Assembly: GCA_910592345.1 (NCBI GenBank)
Contig: CAJVPI010000003.1
Coordinates: forward strand, 1-64,000
From: Paraglomus brasilianum
Taxonomy: Eukaryota
DNA: 64,000 nt
Reading direction: 5' to 3'
How positions within the stretch are numbered: position 1 is the stretch's first letter; each line of letters opens with the position of its first letter. The translations under genes and the position numbers were made by a program. The notes under the pieces were generated by a model. That model searched no databases, had not been told where the DNA came from, and saw nothing but the letters and a program-made list of their open reading frames with translations. This document shows positions 28,609 through 40,886 of the stretch, one piece after another.

Positions 28609-29072
28609 TCAACCAATTTACTAATTGTTAACAACCATCACTGCTGCAAGCATGTAATATGAGACACACTGCAATACTATCATCGTAAAGTATTAATATG
28701 TAGCATAGCACTGGATATGAAAGCAACAGACTTCCTACCCTACCCTTACACCAACCTCTTCGAGCAAGCTATTTATATCTCAAGATTAATCGTAGCATTG
28801 TCATTCTGGTTGCAGAAAACCTAAACAGAGATGTGACAGTCTTTTTTGATGCTACAAACCCAGTGTTAACTGTGAGAATAAGAAGTGTTGAACTTACGTT
28901 GATATTGACGTTGTTCTGGCTGTGTACCTTCAATGAGAAAAAACTTTATTTATAATAATAATAAAGGCAGTTTACGGTAATAATAATCGCAAGGCTAGTA
29001 TTACAGTGTGTCTCATATTACATGCTTGCAGTAGTGATGGTTGGCAGCAATTATAATTAGTAAATTGGTTGA
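28609..29072. repeat. About 70-bp inverted repeat pair (MITE or foldback-like)
   Basis: 28609-28679 (tcaaccaatttactaatt...tgcaagcatgtaatatgagacacactgcaatacta) matches the reverse complement of 28996-29072 with a few substitutions and a short indel. Confidence 0.8.
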
Positions 29073-30391
29073 TTGATGTATACGACATATACATCGAACT
29101 AAGTTCGGAGTGTTCCCATGCAGCTACTTTTATAAAGACTTGTGTAACATAACAATACAAGAAAAAGCCACTGCTTAGCGAAGAGGCACAGGGTAAATTG
29201 ATTATCCGTCTGCAGAAAAAAAAGAAAGAAAAAAAAAAGCCATAACCACAAAACGTATTACCTTTGGGGGGATTATCGATTTTTTTATAGGAGCTTGCAG
29301 TGTTTTCGAATATTTGTGCTATAATTAGTAACATCCGTATTAATTAACTGAAAAATAAGGCCAATACGTTTCCCCGTTGTTAAACATGGCAACTCAGCCC
29401 TTCAGAGGCTGTAAGTATATCAGCTCAAGTACCAACGGTCAAGTCTATGTTGTTAGACCTAGCACTAGGCTTGCTTAGATCGTCAAGAATCATGCTCTTT
29501 AATAACTCGCATCATATTTGCCAAATTTATGACTTATGGCTGCTGTCATGTTCATGTTAGCCCTACTTTGTCTATTTGTAAACTAGACTGTTTGACATAT
29601 CGAGCTTTCTTCAGAAACCAACAATTGATAGAGATGTGCTACGTACAATACAAATTCTGATAGTATAACCAGTGACATACTTTTCATTGTGTTGCTTTGA
29701 TCAGTTTATTAATATCGATTGAGAGCTGCAAACGTACCTATCTTCTTGCGAACTTTAAATCGGGACTCCTGTTGATAATATGTTATGTTGGATGTATACG
29801 TGTAGGCATTATCATGATGCCAGCGATTCGAGAGTGTATACAGCCGACATATGGAATAATTAATACTTTGAGGGATGAAAAAAAAAGAGAAAAAAAAAAA
29901 AAAAAAGGAAGATGGAAGCTAAAAAGAGAAGGGGGAAGGAAAGTTTGGGGGGGTAACTTGAATGCCGTTTTGATTGTTACACACGAATTGATCAGTTTGT
30001 TGTATTGCATGCACCAGGCCTAATCTTATTTGGATGTTTGTTATTACTTTTACACTATAGTAACGATTCCGAGCCGCCATACCAATTCTAGACCTCTGTT
30101 TGCGCTACGAATACAGGGAAGTCTCATAAATATGTGTATTGGTATATGTGTATGTGTATATGTGTGTGCGTATAAATAAAATTCACATTATATGCAAAGA
30201 AAAAAAATTTTTTTTTATTTGTTGCTAAGCCATAACTTATTGTGTCACGCGGCCTGGTGTATGCAGCGCACTTATTATTTATTATCATTTATACGCAAAG
30301 ACTATAAACGGCAAGCTTGCTGTATTAAGGAAATTTCCCCTGTTTCGCAGTTGTCGATGATATATAGACGCTCAATCCCTTTTTTTGTGTG

Positions 30392-31207
30392 ATGCAGCAA
30401 ATGGATTTGTGTGATGTTATAACCTTTCCTGATTTTATTTCGTTCAAATACAACGATATTCTATATAAAATCGAAAATGGAAAACTATTCTATGATGTCG
30501 ACGGCTGTTGGGTCCCAGATCTGTACGAAAAACCCCTTAGTGTTTTTAACAGTTTCATTCTAGCTAATGGATGGCAACTGAGCTCAACCACTGCACACAT
30601 ATCCTCCTCTTCATCATCTACATCGCACGATAATCACCAAACACTCGGCCATCGAGTAGTGGGACGGGAGAACTACTTCAGGTCAATAAGCCATGGCGGC
30701 GTTGGCGGCTCAGGTGCCGTAATCAAACGTACAATTGACAAAGCAGACGACATATTGACGGCGATAAGAAGCAATGCAATAAACGACGAACCGCCCCCAA
30801 CGTTGTATCGGCTATTCTCGAAAACGTTCGAAGACAACGAAAACGCCTTTAGGGTTTTGCAAGCTAACCTGGAAAAAATTGGAAAGCGGTTCAAAAAAGG
30901 ATCGAAAGCCGAGGAAGTATTTGAGAGAAATCTTGCATGGATAAATGTTGGTTATGCGTATAATTATCTAAGTCGCCATCAGAAAAAGACATCTGTGTAC
31001 TGGAATCGTTTCAAAGACGTTAAAGACATCGACACTGTGCGAAAGACTGCCAAATCTGGTCAGCGCATTCTGAATGTGGGAGATCTGGTAGGCTTTAGTA
31101 TAGTATTAAGAACTAAAATTTCAATCAAGCAAATTGCAGAAATTAGAGATGATGATTGGAACGATTACCTTAATTGTTGGAAACAACATTTCATCAATCG
31201 CTATTAA
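30392..31207 (+). CDS. Intronless hypothetical protein (about 271 aa)
   Basis: Long stop-free frame from ATG 30392 in AT-rich surroundings, with a Ser-rich linker and a basic helical C-terminal half. No family confidently recognised. Confidence 0.6.
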   Translation: MQQMDLCDVITFPDFISFKYNDILYKIENGKLFYDVDGCWVPDLYEKPLSVFNSFILANGWQLSSTTAHISSSSSSTSHDNHQTLGHRVVGRENYFRSISHGGVGGSGAVIKRTIDKADDILTAIRSNAINDEPPPTLYRLFSKTFEDNENAFRVLQANLEKIGKRFKKGSKAEEVFERNLAWINVGYAYNYLSRHQKKTSVYWNRFKDVKDIDTVRKTAKSGQRILNVGDLVGFSIVLRTKISIKQIAEIRDDDWNDYLNCWKQHFINRY

Positions 31208-32615
31208 GATAAGATTACTGTATAAGAACGCAAATTGTTTATGTGTATAAGCGAACAAGTAATATGATTAGATTGAAGGGAAAGGGGGACAAATAACGTA
31301 TGATTAGATTCATAGGAAAGAGGGATAACCAAATTTTTGCTACGATTAAACTTGAAGAAGGGAGGTTACTTTATATTCTATGCAATTAGATGACTTTTCC
31401 AAGCTCGAGTGTTAGAAACTTGTAAATTATATACAAAAAGATCCCCAACTTGTAAGCCCTATATTGTATATAACCCCTACAAACGTAACTAAAGTGTAGT
31501 TTGCTCCATTCATTACTTTGAACAGCTACATTTCAAATGACATGATTGAAATACAGTGTATTTTGAACAGCTACATTTGGAACTTTTGGCTTTGACATGA
31601 ACGTTATGTGACAGCAAAAGTAACAGCTGATTCTGCGAAAGGCTGCTATTTTCTATAATGATTCTCAATCAGTCCTTTAAATGAAAGACGGTTACCCAAG
31701 AATGAATATTAGTTGTTTCTGCTTAATAACTTTGATGCAAACTATTAATCAACAATTTTGTGATGTAGAGACCCGTTCATGACAAATAATTGATTTGAAA
31801 TCCATAAGCTTTTTTTTTTTTTTTTTGCTAATGATTTATATTGTTTCAATCGCAAGTATTATATTTCTTTCATCATCAAATGTACTTTTTATAAAAACAA
31901 TGGTTGAAACATTTCTACAACACAAATATAACGTATACGCGTCAATCTACAACTCTATAGCAGGCCGTGAATTGGTCAAAATTGTTGTGTAATACCGATA
32001 TTAATATGTGAGATTATGCGCATATCATCAAACTTGAAACCCCCCACTTTATTAAACAGACTTGATTTATGTCTTTAACAGTATAAAGACTCTGTTTACA
32101 GTATTCTTTGGCTTCGAATTTAACACGAAAATGTTTAAACTCGTAAAAAACTCAAACCACCACGCTCATAAAGCATACTATTAAATGTGACAGATTGCAC
32201 TCCAATCGCAAGATAGTAATAGTAATTGTTATTATTGAGTTCGACTGTGCGAAATACAAATGTAATGTTTTTACGCCGATATGTTAATCAATTTTATTAG
32301 CTAACACTAATACTAATATTGGCTAAACCAGTACAAATGGAAACTATTACTATTGTAAGAAACGTAAAACCTAACCGTATATTAGGCATGTCTGATCACT
32401 AGAGCCGTTGCGATGAGAATGTTCCCAAAATTCATATCTACGAGACGATATCAATCGGTTGTATATGTGCGGGCGGCTAATTGAATGTTAATATCAATAC
32501 GATAGTTGAAAATGATTGGCTTTTCCATATCATACTAATCATGTGAACGGCACAGTAATTTCTATTATTATAAACGACTAACCCAAGTGCTATCAAACCC
32601 AACAAACACTCCATC

Positions 32616-33030
32616 ATGATTATTCCCGTCCGTTGCTTCTCTTGTGGAAAACTCATCGGCAACAAATGGGAGTTGTATCAACAGCTTCTTTCTAGTGACT
32701 ATACCGAATGGTATGTGTAATATATACTTTTACTTTGTAAACTTTACGTTGATCCAATTCTCTCATGTGTGTAGCGATGCTATGGACGTGGTGGGTTTAA
32801 GACGATATTGCTGTAGACGTATGATGCTTACACACTCGGATCTTATTGAGAAATTGTTACAGTATAACCGTAAGTTTTGTTGTTTTTTTTTTGCCAATAT
32901 GCTTGCTTATTTGAATTCACTTTCGCTTTTCGTACGAGTGAAATACTAACGATCTTGAGTGGTTTTCCTGAGGACAGCACAAGAAAGAGCGCGCGAACAG
33001 TATAGAGCTCAATTCCGCCGTCTTACTTAA
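32616..33030 (+). CDS. RPB10: RNA polymerase I/II/III common subunit RPABC5, 3 exons
   Basis: [12 protein letters not shown]...[24 protein letters not shown]. Exons 32616-32710, 32775-32869, 32978-33030; TACTAAC branch point in intron 2. Confidence 0.97.
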
Positions 33031-33391
33031 CAAGAACTCATGGGATTTGATTGTCTTCATTTCTATCCAACGAATCAAACGAATGAGGATCGTAGGCTGG
33101 CAACTAACTGCACATGAACCGATACATTTTTTCCCTCGACTCAACAAAAATCTCATGTATAGTCTGTCAACTGGTTTATTTGAATTTCATTTTTGGAAAT
33201 GGGATCTCTCTTTTTTAACAATTCGATAATTTGCACACATAAACATATTCTTGCCTCAACTGTATTAACAAAATGAAACCTCTATAAACATGTCACATCC
33301 CATTTAACGTTCCATGTTTCTCTATATATATCAAAACTTTTCAAAGACAGTTCTCAATTCTCACATCCGATTCCGGTCATTCCGTTGAATT

Positions 33392-34918
33392 TCACTTGGT
33401 CCCTCTGGAAAATTCAACGATAGCATATTTGCCAGAATATAGCCAATCATTCTCAACAGCATTTAGTTTCTCTGCTGTCCCTTCTGGTAGCCCGACAATG
33501 ACATCTGCCTTGGAAGTCCTCAATGTCACAACAGATGGTACACCTTCTTCGGTTGCCATCGGCCCTATTGCTTCCTCGAATGGTGTAGCAAAATCCCACT
33601 TGCAATCATAAACTAACTTTCTAAAATTTAAATCACCCTTAAACACTACAACAGCTGCCTGTTTAATGTCATCAAACAACTCTTTCTGTTCTGGTAAATG
33701 CCAATATGCATATGGCGAAACCCAGAAATAGTTCGTTTTTACTACCCATATGTTAGAGTCTACATATCCTTGCCAGCGTTGGGCTAGTTTAGTGATAAGA
33801 GACAGAGAAGAAGAAGATGAAGGAATGTTGAGATGGTTCGATGCAAGAGCGGAAAGGAGATTATAAAAGTCTGTTGGTGTGGTATCAGAAACGAACCAAG
33901 GAATCGGCTTTGCGTGAAAGTGAACTGACGATGCATGGCCCGATTGGATAAGCCAGTCGGCAAATATCAAGTCAGCGTAGAGTTCAAAACCTGCGAAAGT
34001 AGCGAGTTTGCAAAATAATCTGTCACTTTCGTCTCTCAAACTCGATAGATGAAATAGAGAGAAAAAATATATATCAACGAGCAATTCCTCACCAGTATTG
34101 TCCAACACGAAATCTATTCTTGATCCTTTCGAATCTCTAATTTTATTCCAAAACAAATCTATATCATTCCTCAAGATATTCTTCTCGATTTTTCCCAATT
34201 CCTCTGCTCCAGTACTCTGCAATTTACCCAACTCGCGCGGATCTAAACTAGAGAGCAAACTCAAATCACTCGCATTTCCCCAGAGCGATATCTGGACCAA
34301 TTCATGAAAGACTATTCGGTGATCCAGACGCAATCCCTCTGAAGAAATTAGTTCGTCGATTCTCTCGGCAAGAGCAACCATCGCAACTTGAGAAGCTTTG
34401 AATGCAGTCTCTTTTTGTTGACTGAAAGGATCATATGTACTCCAGTAAGTCGAGCGAGCAAAGTAGGAATAAATGCGCCGGTAGAGATAGCATTCGGTAA
34501 AGAGCCACGGTGTAGTATACCAGGTAGAGTTCGAGAAGTAGGTGTTATAGACATTATTCCATGTGGCAATATCTGGATTCGAGTCGTCGGATATTGGGCT
34601 GATCCAAGAAGGGATATGTAATGAAGAGATGATTAATGTCCCGCTCTTCCATGACTAATGGAATGAGAGAGTTACTCACGTGAGAGGTTTGTCTCTTTCC
34701 ATTCCATACTTTAAGGCACCAATAGATGATATTATGGCCTTTCCCTCTGTGCGCTTCTTCTCTTCATCGTCTAAAGCATGACAGGCTTGAAACAAAGTAT
34801 CGACTATTTTTGTAACTATCACCGGCCATCGAATACGTGTTGTTGTATAAGCAAAACTCGTTTTATCTGTTGCAATCAAAGCAGGGCGTGGTGGGTTTGC
34901 AGGGTTGATTGCTGACAT
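33392..34918 (-). CDS. Damage-control phosphatase ARMT1/DUF89 family, 3 exons
   Basis: SFAYTTTRIRWPVI, PWLFTECYLYRRI, SLWGNASDLSL, VLDNTG-FELYADL, PWFVSD, FKGDLNFRKL, LRTSKADVIVGL. Exons 34680-34918, 34093-34598, 33392-33990. Confidence 0.93.
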
Positions 34919-35340
34919 AACTTGTAGCAGAAAATAATCTGCTAGACTGATTATCTACACAGAATTTATAACACGTGCTTCAAATATTTGTGTTGCTATT
35001 TTACCACACTATAATTTCAAGTCTTTTTTTATTTTTATTTTTTTTTGATCTGGTTTAGACTGATTAGGTAATTTCCCGGATTTCCTACTGTGAGTGCTTA
35101 ATACGAATGCTAACCGAAAAAGCTTGGACAATTGTAATGCATTCAAGCCAATATGTTTCTGAAGAGAAGCGAACTTTAATTAAAATAGAGTCGCTTTGAC
35201 AAAATTCTTGTTCATAATTATGTTAATCCTCTAAAATACTCACGACCGCTACCAATTGTCCATCTCTCTGCGCACTCCATGCACGCCCCCACCACCCATA
35301 TTCCCAAATGTCTTTTCATATCTTTCTCTTTAGCTATCTA

Positions 35341-38300
35341 TCACAATGGAGTCCTCCCTTGGGGCTCTGCAAATGTTTGCTTTGTGAAACATTCCTGAAG
35401 CCTGTTCTGTAATACTGCTACATCGCCTGGAACTAGTTTTTTCAACTGTTTTAATTCTTCCGTATCGTCAGCGTAGTACCTGCGATAGATTGTAGTCAGA
35501 ATTTTCAAGCCATCCCGTTGGAAGGCTTCATAGAATCTGTGTGCAACGACCTTGGAGAGAGAAGAAAGAGAAAGGTTGGAAGACTTGTCAAAAGGGTTTC
35601 GTTTTGAGATATCTGAAAACGTAACGTGGATTTGCACAGAACGAAAAAAAAAAGTATTACTTCTATGAAGACGTCGAGAATTGCTGGGGTTATCGATCGT
35701 GATTTCAAATTCAAAATTTCAGCAATCCATTTCCATGATTCCTCAACTAATTTCTGGTATGGAATGTCTATCGTTGTTGTATGGAATGTGAATAAGAAAT
35801 GAATATGAAAGCAAATTTCTCAATTTATGTACCAAACTTACTAGGAATCCATGGTTTGGTCTGTAAGATAGCAAGATGGAACCTGACGTATGCCAACACT
35901 CGCTTTCGGTAAACTTCTTCAGTCTCATTTGATTGCCTTCCAACCAACTTATCGTATTCGTCTGAACTCTGGCCCTGTTATGGTCTCAGCATATTAGTTA
36001 TTCTGCGCGCCTTCCATTCCAAAGACTGGTCACTTCTCAATATAATTTCTTTTTCTAAATATCACTCTGATGAATATGATTATACAATCGACTCTGTCCA
36101 TACCGACATCATTGAATATAGTACGCACCGAAGACTGAAAGGATGAGGCGTGTAACACATTCTTACCCAATGTGATGACACTGGTACATGATAGGATCAG
36201 TACAGACAGAAGCGACCGCAACCATTTTAGCTGCTCTTACCGGTGATTTGTCATAGTATCTCGGAAGTACGTAAGGGCATTTCTTTGCCAGACGAGCATC
36301 CACGAATTTCTTAAACTCGGCATACTTTGAGTACAAAAGAATACACAAGTGTCCAAAGGCAAAAGCCATCTCGGGTCTATCGAGGACTGTTATGCCGATT
36401 TGATCCTTAAGAAGTATAACAAAGGTTGATTTAGATAGAGAATATCGAAAAGAATTCAACACTTTTTTTTTTTCGCTACTTCAACGCGAAATATACCCAT
36501 AAGACAAATGTTACGGATTTGAAGACGTTCTACGTACGACAATAGTCTTGGCCAACATGTTAAGTCTGTAGTAATGCTGCTCTGGAGACATGCCGGCTCC
36601 AGTAAGCTGGGCAGAAAGCTCGTTTGCCTAGATGGTATACAATCGTTCAACCCATTTGATGATAAGTGTATGTGAATAATAATGCCTTCATAACATACCG
36701 TCGTCATAATATGATCCTTTTTATTCGTCAACTGGTTCAACCGCAATGTGAAATGCTGTTTTATTGTGGATCTATCGGCATTCAGCCTAGGATCATTTTT
36801 CAAATCATTTTTGCATTTTTGTATAAAATCTTTGTACTCCTTTTCTTTCTTTAACACGTTTTCTGACACAGAGGCTTCTGCCAATTTTTGTTGTTGTTGC
36901 TGTAATTGTTCCATCTTCAATTGTAAAGCCTTCTGCTTTGCTTCAGCTACTTTCCTCGCTGTTTCCTCAGCTTGCCTTTTCTCCTCTTCGGCCTTTCTAC
37001 GGATTTCAGCCGCAGCTGCAGCCGCTTTTCGAGCCTCCTCTTCGCGACGAGCATGCTCGGCTGCTTCACGGGCAGCTGTGATTTTTCTTTCCTCTGCCTG
37101 TAATAGAGATGATCGAGATGTAAGTATGGGAGTGGTAGATAATTGCACCACATCAACACGAAGGCACATAGAACACGTACTTCAAAAGTAGATGTAAATG
37201 TTTCTAAAACTTTATCAAGTTGTTGATCAAACTTTTGGCAATACGCATCTACCATTTGTTGCCTGCATTCAAACACAGTATTCGTTAGTAATTAATTCAT
37301 TCTCGCCTTTGGAATAGGCCATAAAGTTACACTGTCGATTCACCTTTTAATAAATTTATGGCTGCGCATATACTCAAGTTCTGCTATCTGTTCTGCACGA
37401 TTTCGTTGCAATTGAACGTACAGTCTCTGGCCCTCTTCCCAGCCTTGTTTCTCTTGTTCTACAAACTCCTGCTCAGCCTTTTTGATTGCTTCCTACAAAC
37501 GAGAGATCACTGCTAGATAAGTAGTCTCGTAGTTATACCAATCAGGAGCCGCAGAACTAGTAGGTCCAGGTCAGACATACCTGTACACGTTGATGTGTCT
37601 GCGCAATCCTTTCAGCCTCCCACCAGCCGTGCTCGACTTTCATGAAGTCGAGATCCTGTTGTCTAACGGGTTTGACCATTGTATAATTCCGATCGAGTTG
37701 CCGAGAATGATTTGCGTGCAGAGAAGGGAAACCGTTTTCGAAATTGAGTATTTGATGCTGGTATTTTGGGTGTAATCTGCAATCACGTGAAAGGTGCGAT
37801 CTGTAATATAAATTACAGATTGTGCTGCCATTATTATTAACTACACGGCTTTTCCACAAATCCCAACAACTGCTGTTGATAGACAACAGTAAAAGCAGAG
37901 ATGATAGAAAGGCTACGGAAATTAGACAGATGAAAACGACGCAAAGAGTCACATCCTGCAATACCCGTTGAATTCACCAGTGAAGATATGATACGACAGT
38001 GTCTCACCCTGATATTTCCAGCAATTCGAAACGGGCATGTACAAGCCTCCTAAACGGAGGCCGGCCTTTTAACGCTAATACGCCTGCATCTAAATGCAAA
38101 TGGCCACATGTACAGGCTTCCGAAACAAGCGGCCCCTTCATCACCTGGATGCGAGACGAAACGTTTTCTCGAGTACTGATAAAAGAGGAGACTAGGCTAT
38201 CGACTTCTAAGGCTTCTACTTTATCTAGGTCTTTTTGGTGGAGGTTTGTAAGCATTACATCAAAGGATGATTCTAGCAAAGAGCCATATCCAATCGATTA
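35341..38300 (-). CDS. GLE1: mRNA export factor Gle1, multi-exon; 5' end uncertain
   Basis: E/K/A/Q-rich coiled coil followed by ARLAKKCPYVLPRY, SWKWIAEILN..TPAILDVFIEV and HRFYEAFQRDGLKIL, matching the Gle1 C-terminal domain. Stop at 35341. Confidence 0.8.
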
Positions 38301-38366
38301 CAATACAGAAGGATAATAGCGATAGTATTGCCGAGAAACCAGAAAGGCATTCATAAATAACAAATA

Positions 38367-38463
38367 CTCAGCACGCTGCATTGTGTGATCAATAAAGGAC
38401 TCGAAACCTCAGCACGCTGCATTGTGCGCCTAATAAAGACAACGAAAACTCAGCACGCTGCAT
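38367..38463. repeat. Three-copy tandem repeat, period about 41 bp, core ctcagcacgctgcat
   Basis: Core at about 38367, 38408 and 38449, with partly conserved linkers (aataaag, cgaaa). Confidence 0.85.
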
Positions 38464-40886
38464 CTGAAGAGAATGCAATGAAGACTGAATCTATGGGTTC
38501 GGTTGCAAAAATGAGATCAGGTGAAATAAAGCGTTGGTCTATATTTGGAACCCGGCTTGGCTCACCAGATTTAACAGAACAAACTCAAACGAACACTATT
38601 CAAGAAGCTTCACTGAACCAACTCTTGTACAAAGTTTATCTTCGTCATCACCAACCACGACCTCAAATGACAGGGATAGGCCATGAACGGAAATCCCCAC
38701 AACGCTCGACATCATACAAAAGCATGCATTAAACCCAATTGTACAAACCCGCATTCGTCATGGCTACATTTCACGCTGCGAAGTGGCGGTCAGGATTGAC
38801 AATGGACCCGATAGAAAGTTAGCCTCGCCAGCAAAAGTAGATCAACAAGGTAGTACACGAAAATTATCACAAAAGAAACAGAGGAACACAAATCATTAGG
38901 TTCATCCACTACCGTCTGACCATGTCTCCAAGAAAAAACCATCCAACAAAGTCCTACCGTCATTCGATGAATTACCTCAGTTCAATTCACACAGACACCC
39001 AGATTCATTCATACAACAAACCCTACATACAATAAACTCTTACTTATCCACCCCAGCGAAAAGTTACCGAGGTAGCCGGATGAAATAATATGCTCACCAT
39101 TGGATGCCAAAAAGATAGCAATTATCAGTGTGCACGGACGGTTTCCAGAAACAAAGTTTGTGTTCGTGACCATGCATTCTCAAGGTACACAATGCTATTG
39201 GCCAGGTTAATAAGTACGAAATACATTCAACGGAAAAGACAACGTATTGGCATGCTTGCGATGGCAGGAGTAAGTCACGGACCATTTCCCTTTCTGAATA
39301 ACGAGAGAGAGAAAAGACTTCCAGACACACATGCAAAGTGAAAAGCGGAGTTCTTGTGTGTGAGTGCACAAATCGATGTCTAGTTAGGATGGGGGAGGTA
39401 TTGGGATATGTGTGTGATATGAAGTTTTGTGCGTAGCAAATAAAAACTTTGCTGACAAGGGTCCCAAAGTGAGTTTCTTGATAGAATCATGTTCGTTTTT
39501 ACGGTGAGGGAAAATTATTTAGAGCATGTGGAAATCTCTAAGGATGAAGGATGCCATTGTATTAGTATTATTTCTGTCACTAATAATAATGTGGAATAAC
39601 ATTGTCATTGTTGCGTATGTCTCAAGTTACATGTTTTTTTATTGAAGAGCGCTAAATGATAGGATTGGGATAAATGAGTAATATATAATATTCTTGTGTC
39701 AATTTTTTGCACACACATTAAATTATATCAACATTGGATTCTTATTAGTATTGAGGACGAAAATCGATTTCGCGTGTTCGAAGAATCAAGCCAATCGGTA
39801 TGGCCTATTGAGTCATGCTTGATAACATATCATGTAAGAACACCGCAGTCCACACTCACGGTCCACACTCACAGAAGTGGGAGATTTGTTATAATCGTTT
39901 GACGTAGCCGATGTGGGAGCAGCCTACATTCAACAATACATATCTTACGTTAACGTATATGTTCAAAGCCGCTTATTCGGTGATAAGATAACATCAGTTC
40001 CCAACAACACCCACCGGAGTAAATGATACAACATTCGGATTCGGCTTCCGGTTGACTTCCGGGAGCGGAGATTTTAAGATTCTCAAAAATAGAACTAGTT
40101 GTAGTCGCTCTTGAAGTTGTATCCATAGATGACGAATTCAATAATGTCGCATTTGTCTTCTCCACATATTGTCTTCCCAGCGTTGTTTTTATTTTCCCCG
40201 CCGGTATTCTTGCCACCTCTATTAACACTCTTCGATTTATCTTCATTTACTTATTTACTGTAGTATTTATTCTTCACGTCTGGCTTCTGTTCAGTTTGGC
40301 TGAACTTTCTTCTTATTGACATCCTGGTTTGTTTCTCTTTTCTTCGGATTTGGTGCATTCATGATCGAAACGTCAATCTCAAGGGGTGGAGTCGGAACAA
40401 GGAATATATAAATATTGTGATCGTATCACAGGGACATTTCCTACTATTACCGCTTCATATTCAACCACACAGGCATCGGTTGTTCTCTGTAAACAGGAGA
40501 ATTATTGGTCCGCAATATATCAATATATAAGAATAAGAATGTGATCGAAAGTCGAATTTATATTAATATTAGACTATTAACATTTTTTGTGAGGGTTGTG
40601 AATACTCGAAGCTAACGTCAGAATAGAGTATTTATTACAGGAGGTATCATACTTCAACCTGTAACCTCAGATTCTTTGAGCGGGAGAAAGTCAAATATGA
40701 TAGATAATCTTTATTTGGGTGATCGACATGCTACTATCAACAGCATTTGGAACCCCTTCACTACGGGAAATGTCCCATGACTAAAGAATAATACTAATAC
40801 TAATTACTATTATTTGTAGTTTTCTATACACCCCCTTAAGTGCACACAATGCCGAGAGCGTGCACATATGATTGTGGTTTTTTTTT

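Noticed and set aside
36748..37191. 147-aa antisense ORF in GLE1
   Set aside because: Shadow of the low-complexity coiled-coil exon.
38367..38463. CRISPR-like repeat-spacer appearance
   Set aside because: Only three copies, the linkers resemble each other, the context is eukaryotic and there are no cas genes. It is a tandem repeat.
39040..39085. ccagcgaaaag resembling the 3' end of a TPP riboswitch
   Set aside because: The CTGAGA and GAACTTGAT..GATAAT elements are missing, and no thiamine gene is adjacent.
39950..40360. 98-aa minus-strand ORF with upstream coding-like sequence
   Set aside because: Upstream stops and no recognisable domain; cannot tell a gene from a relic.
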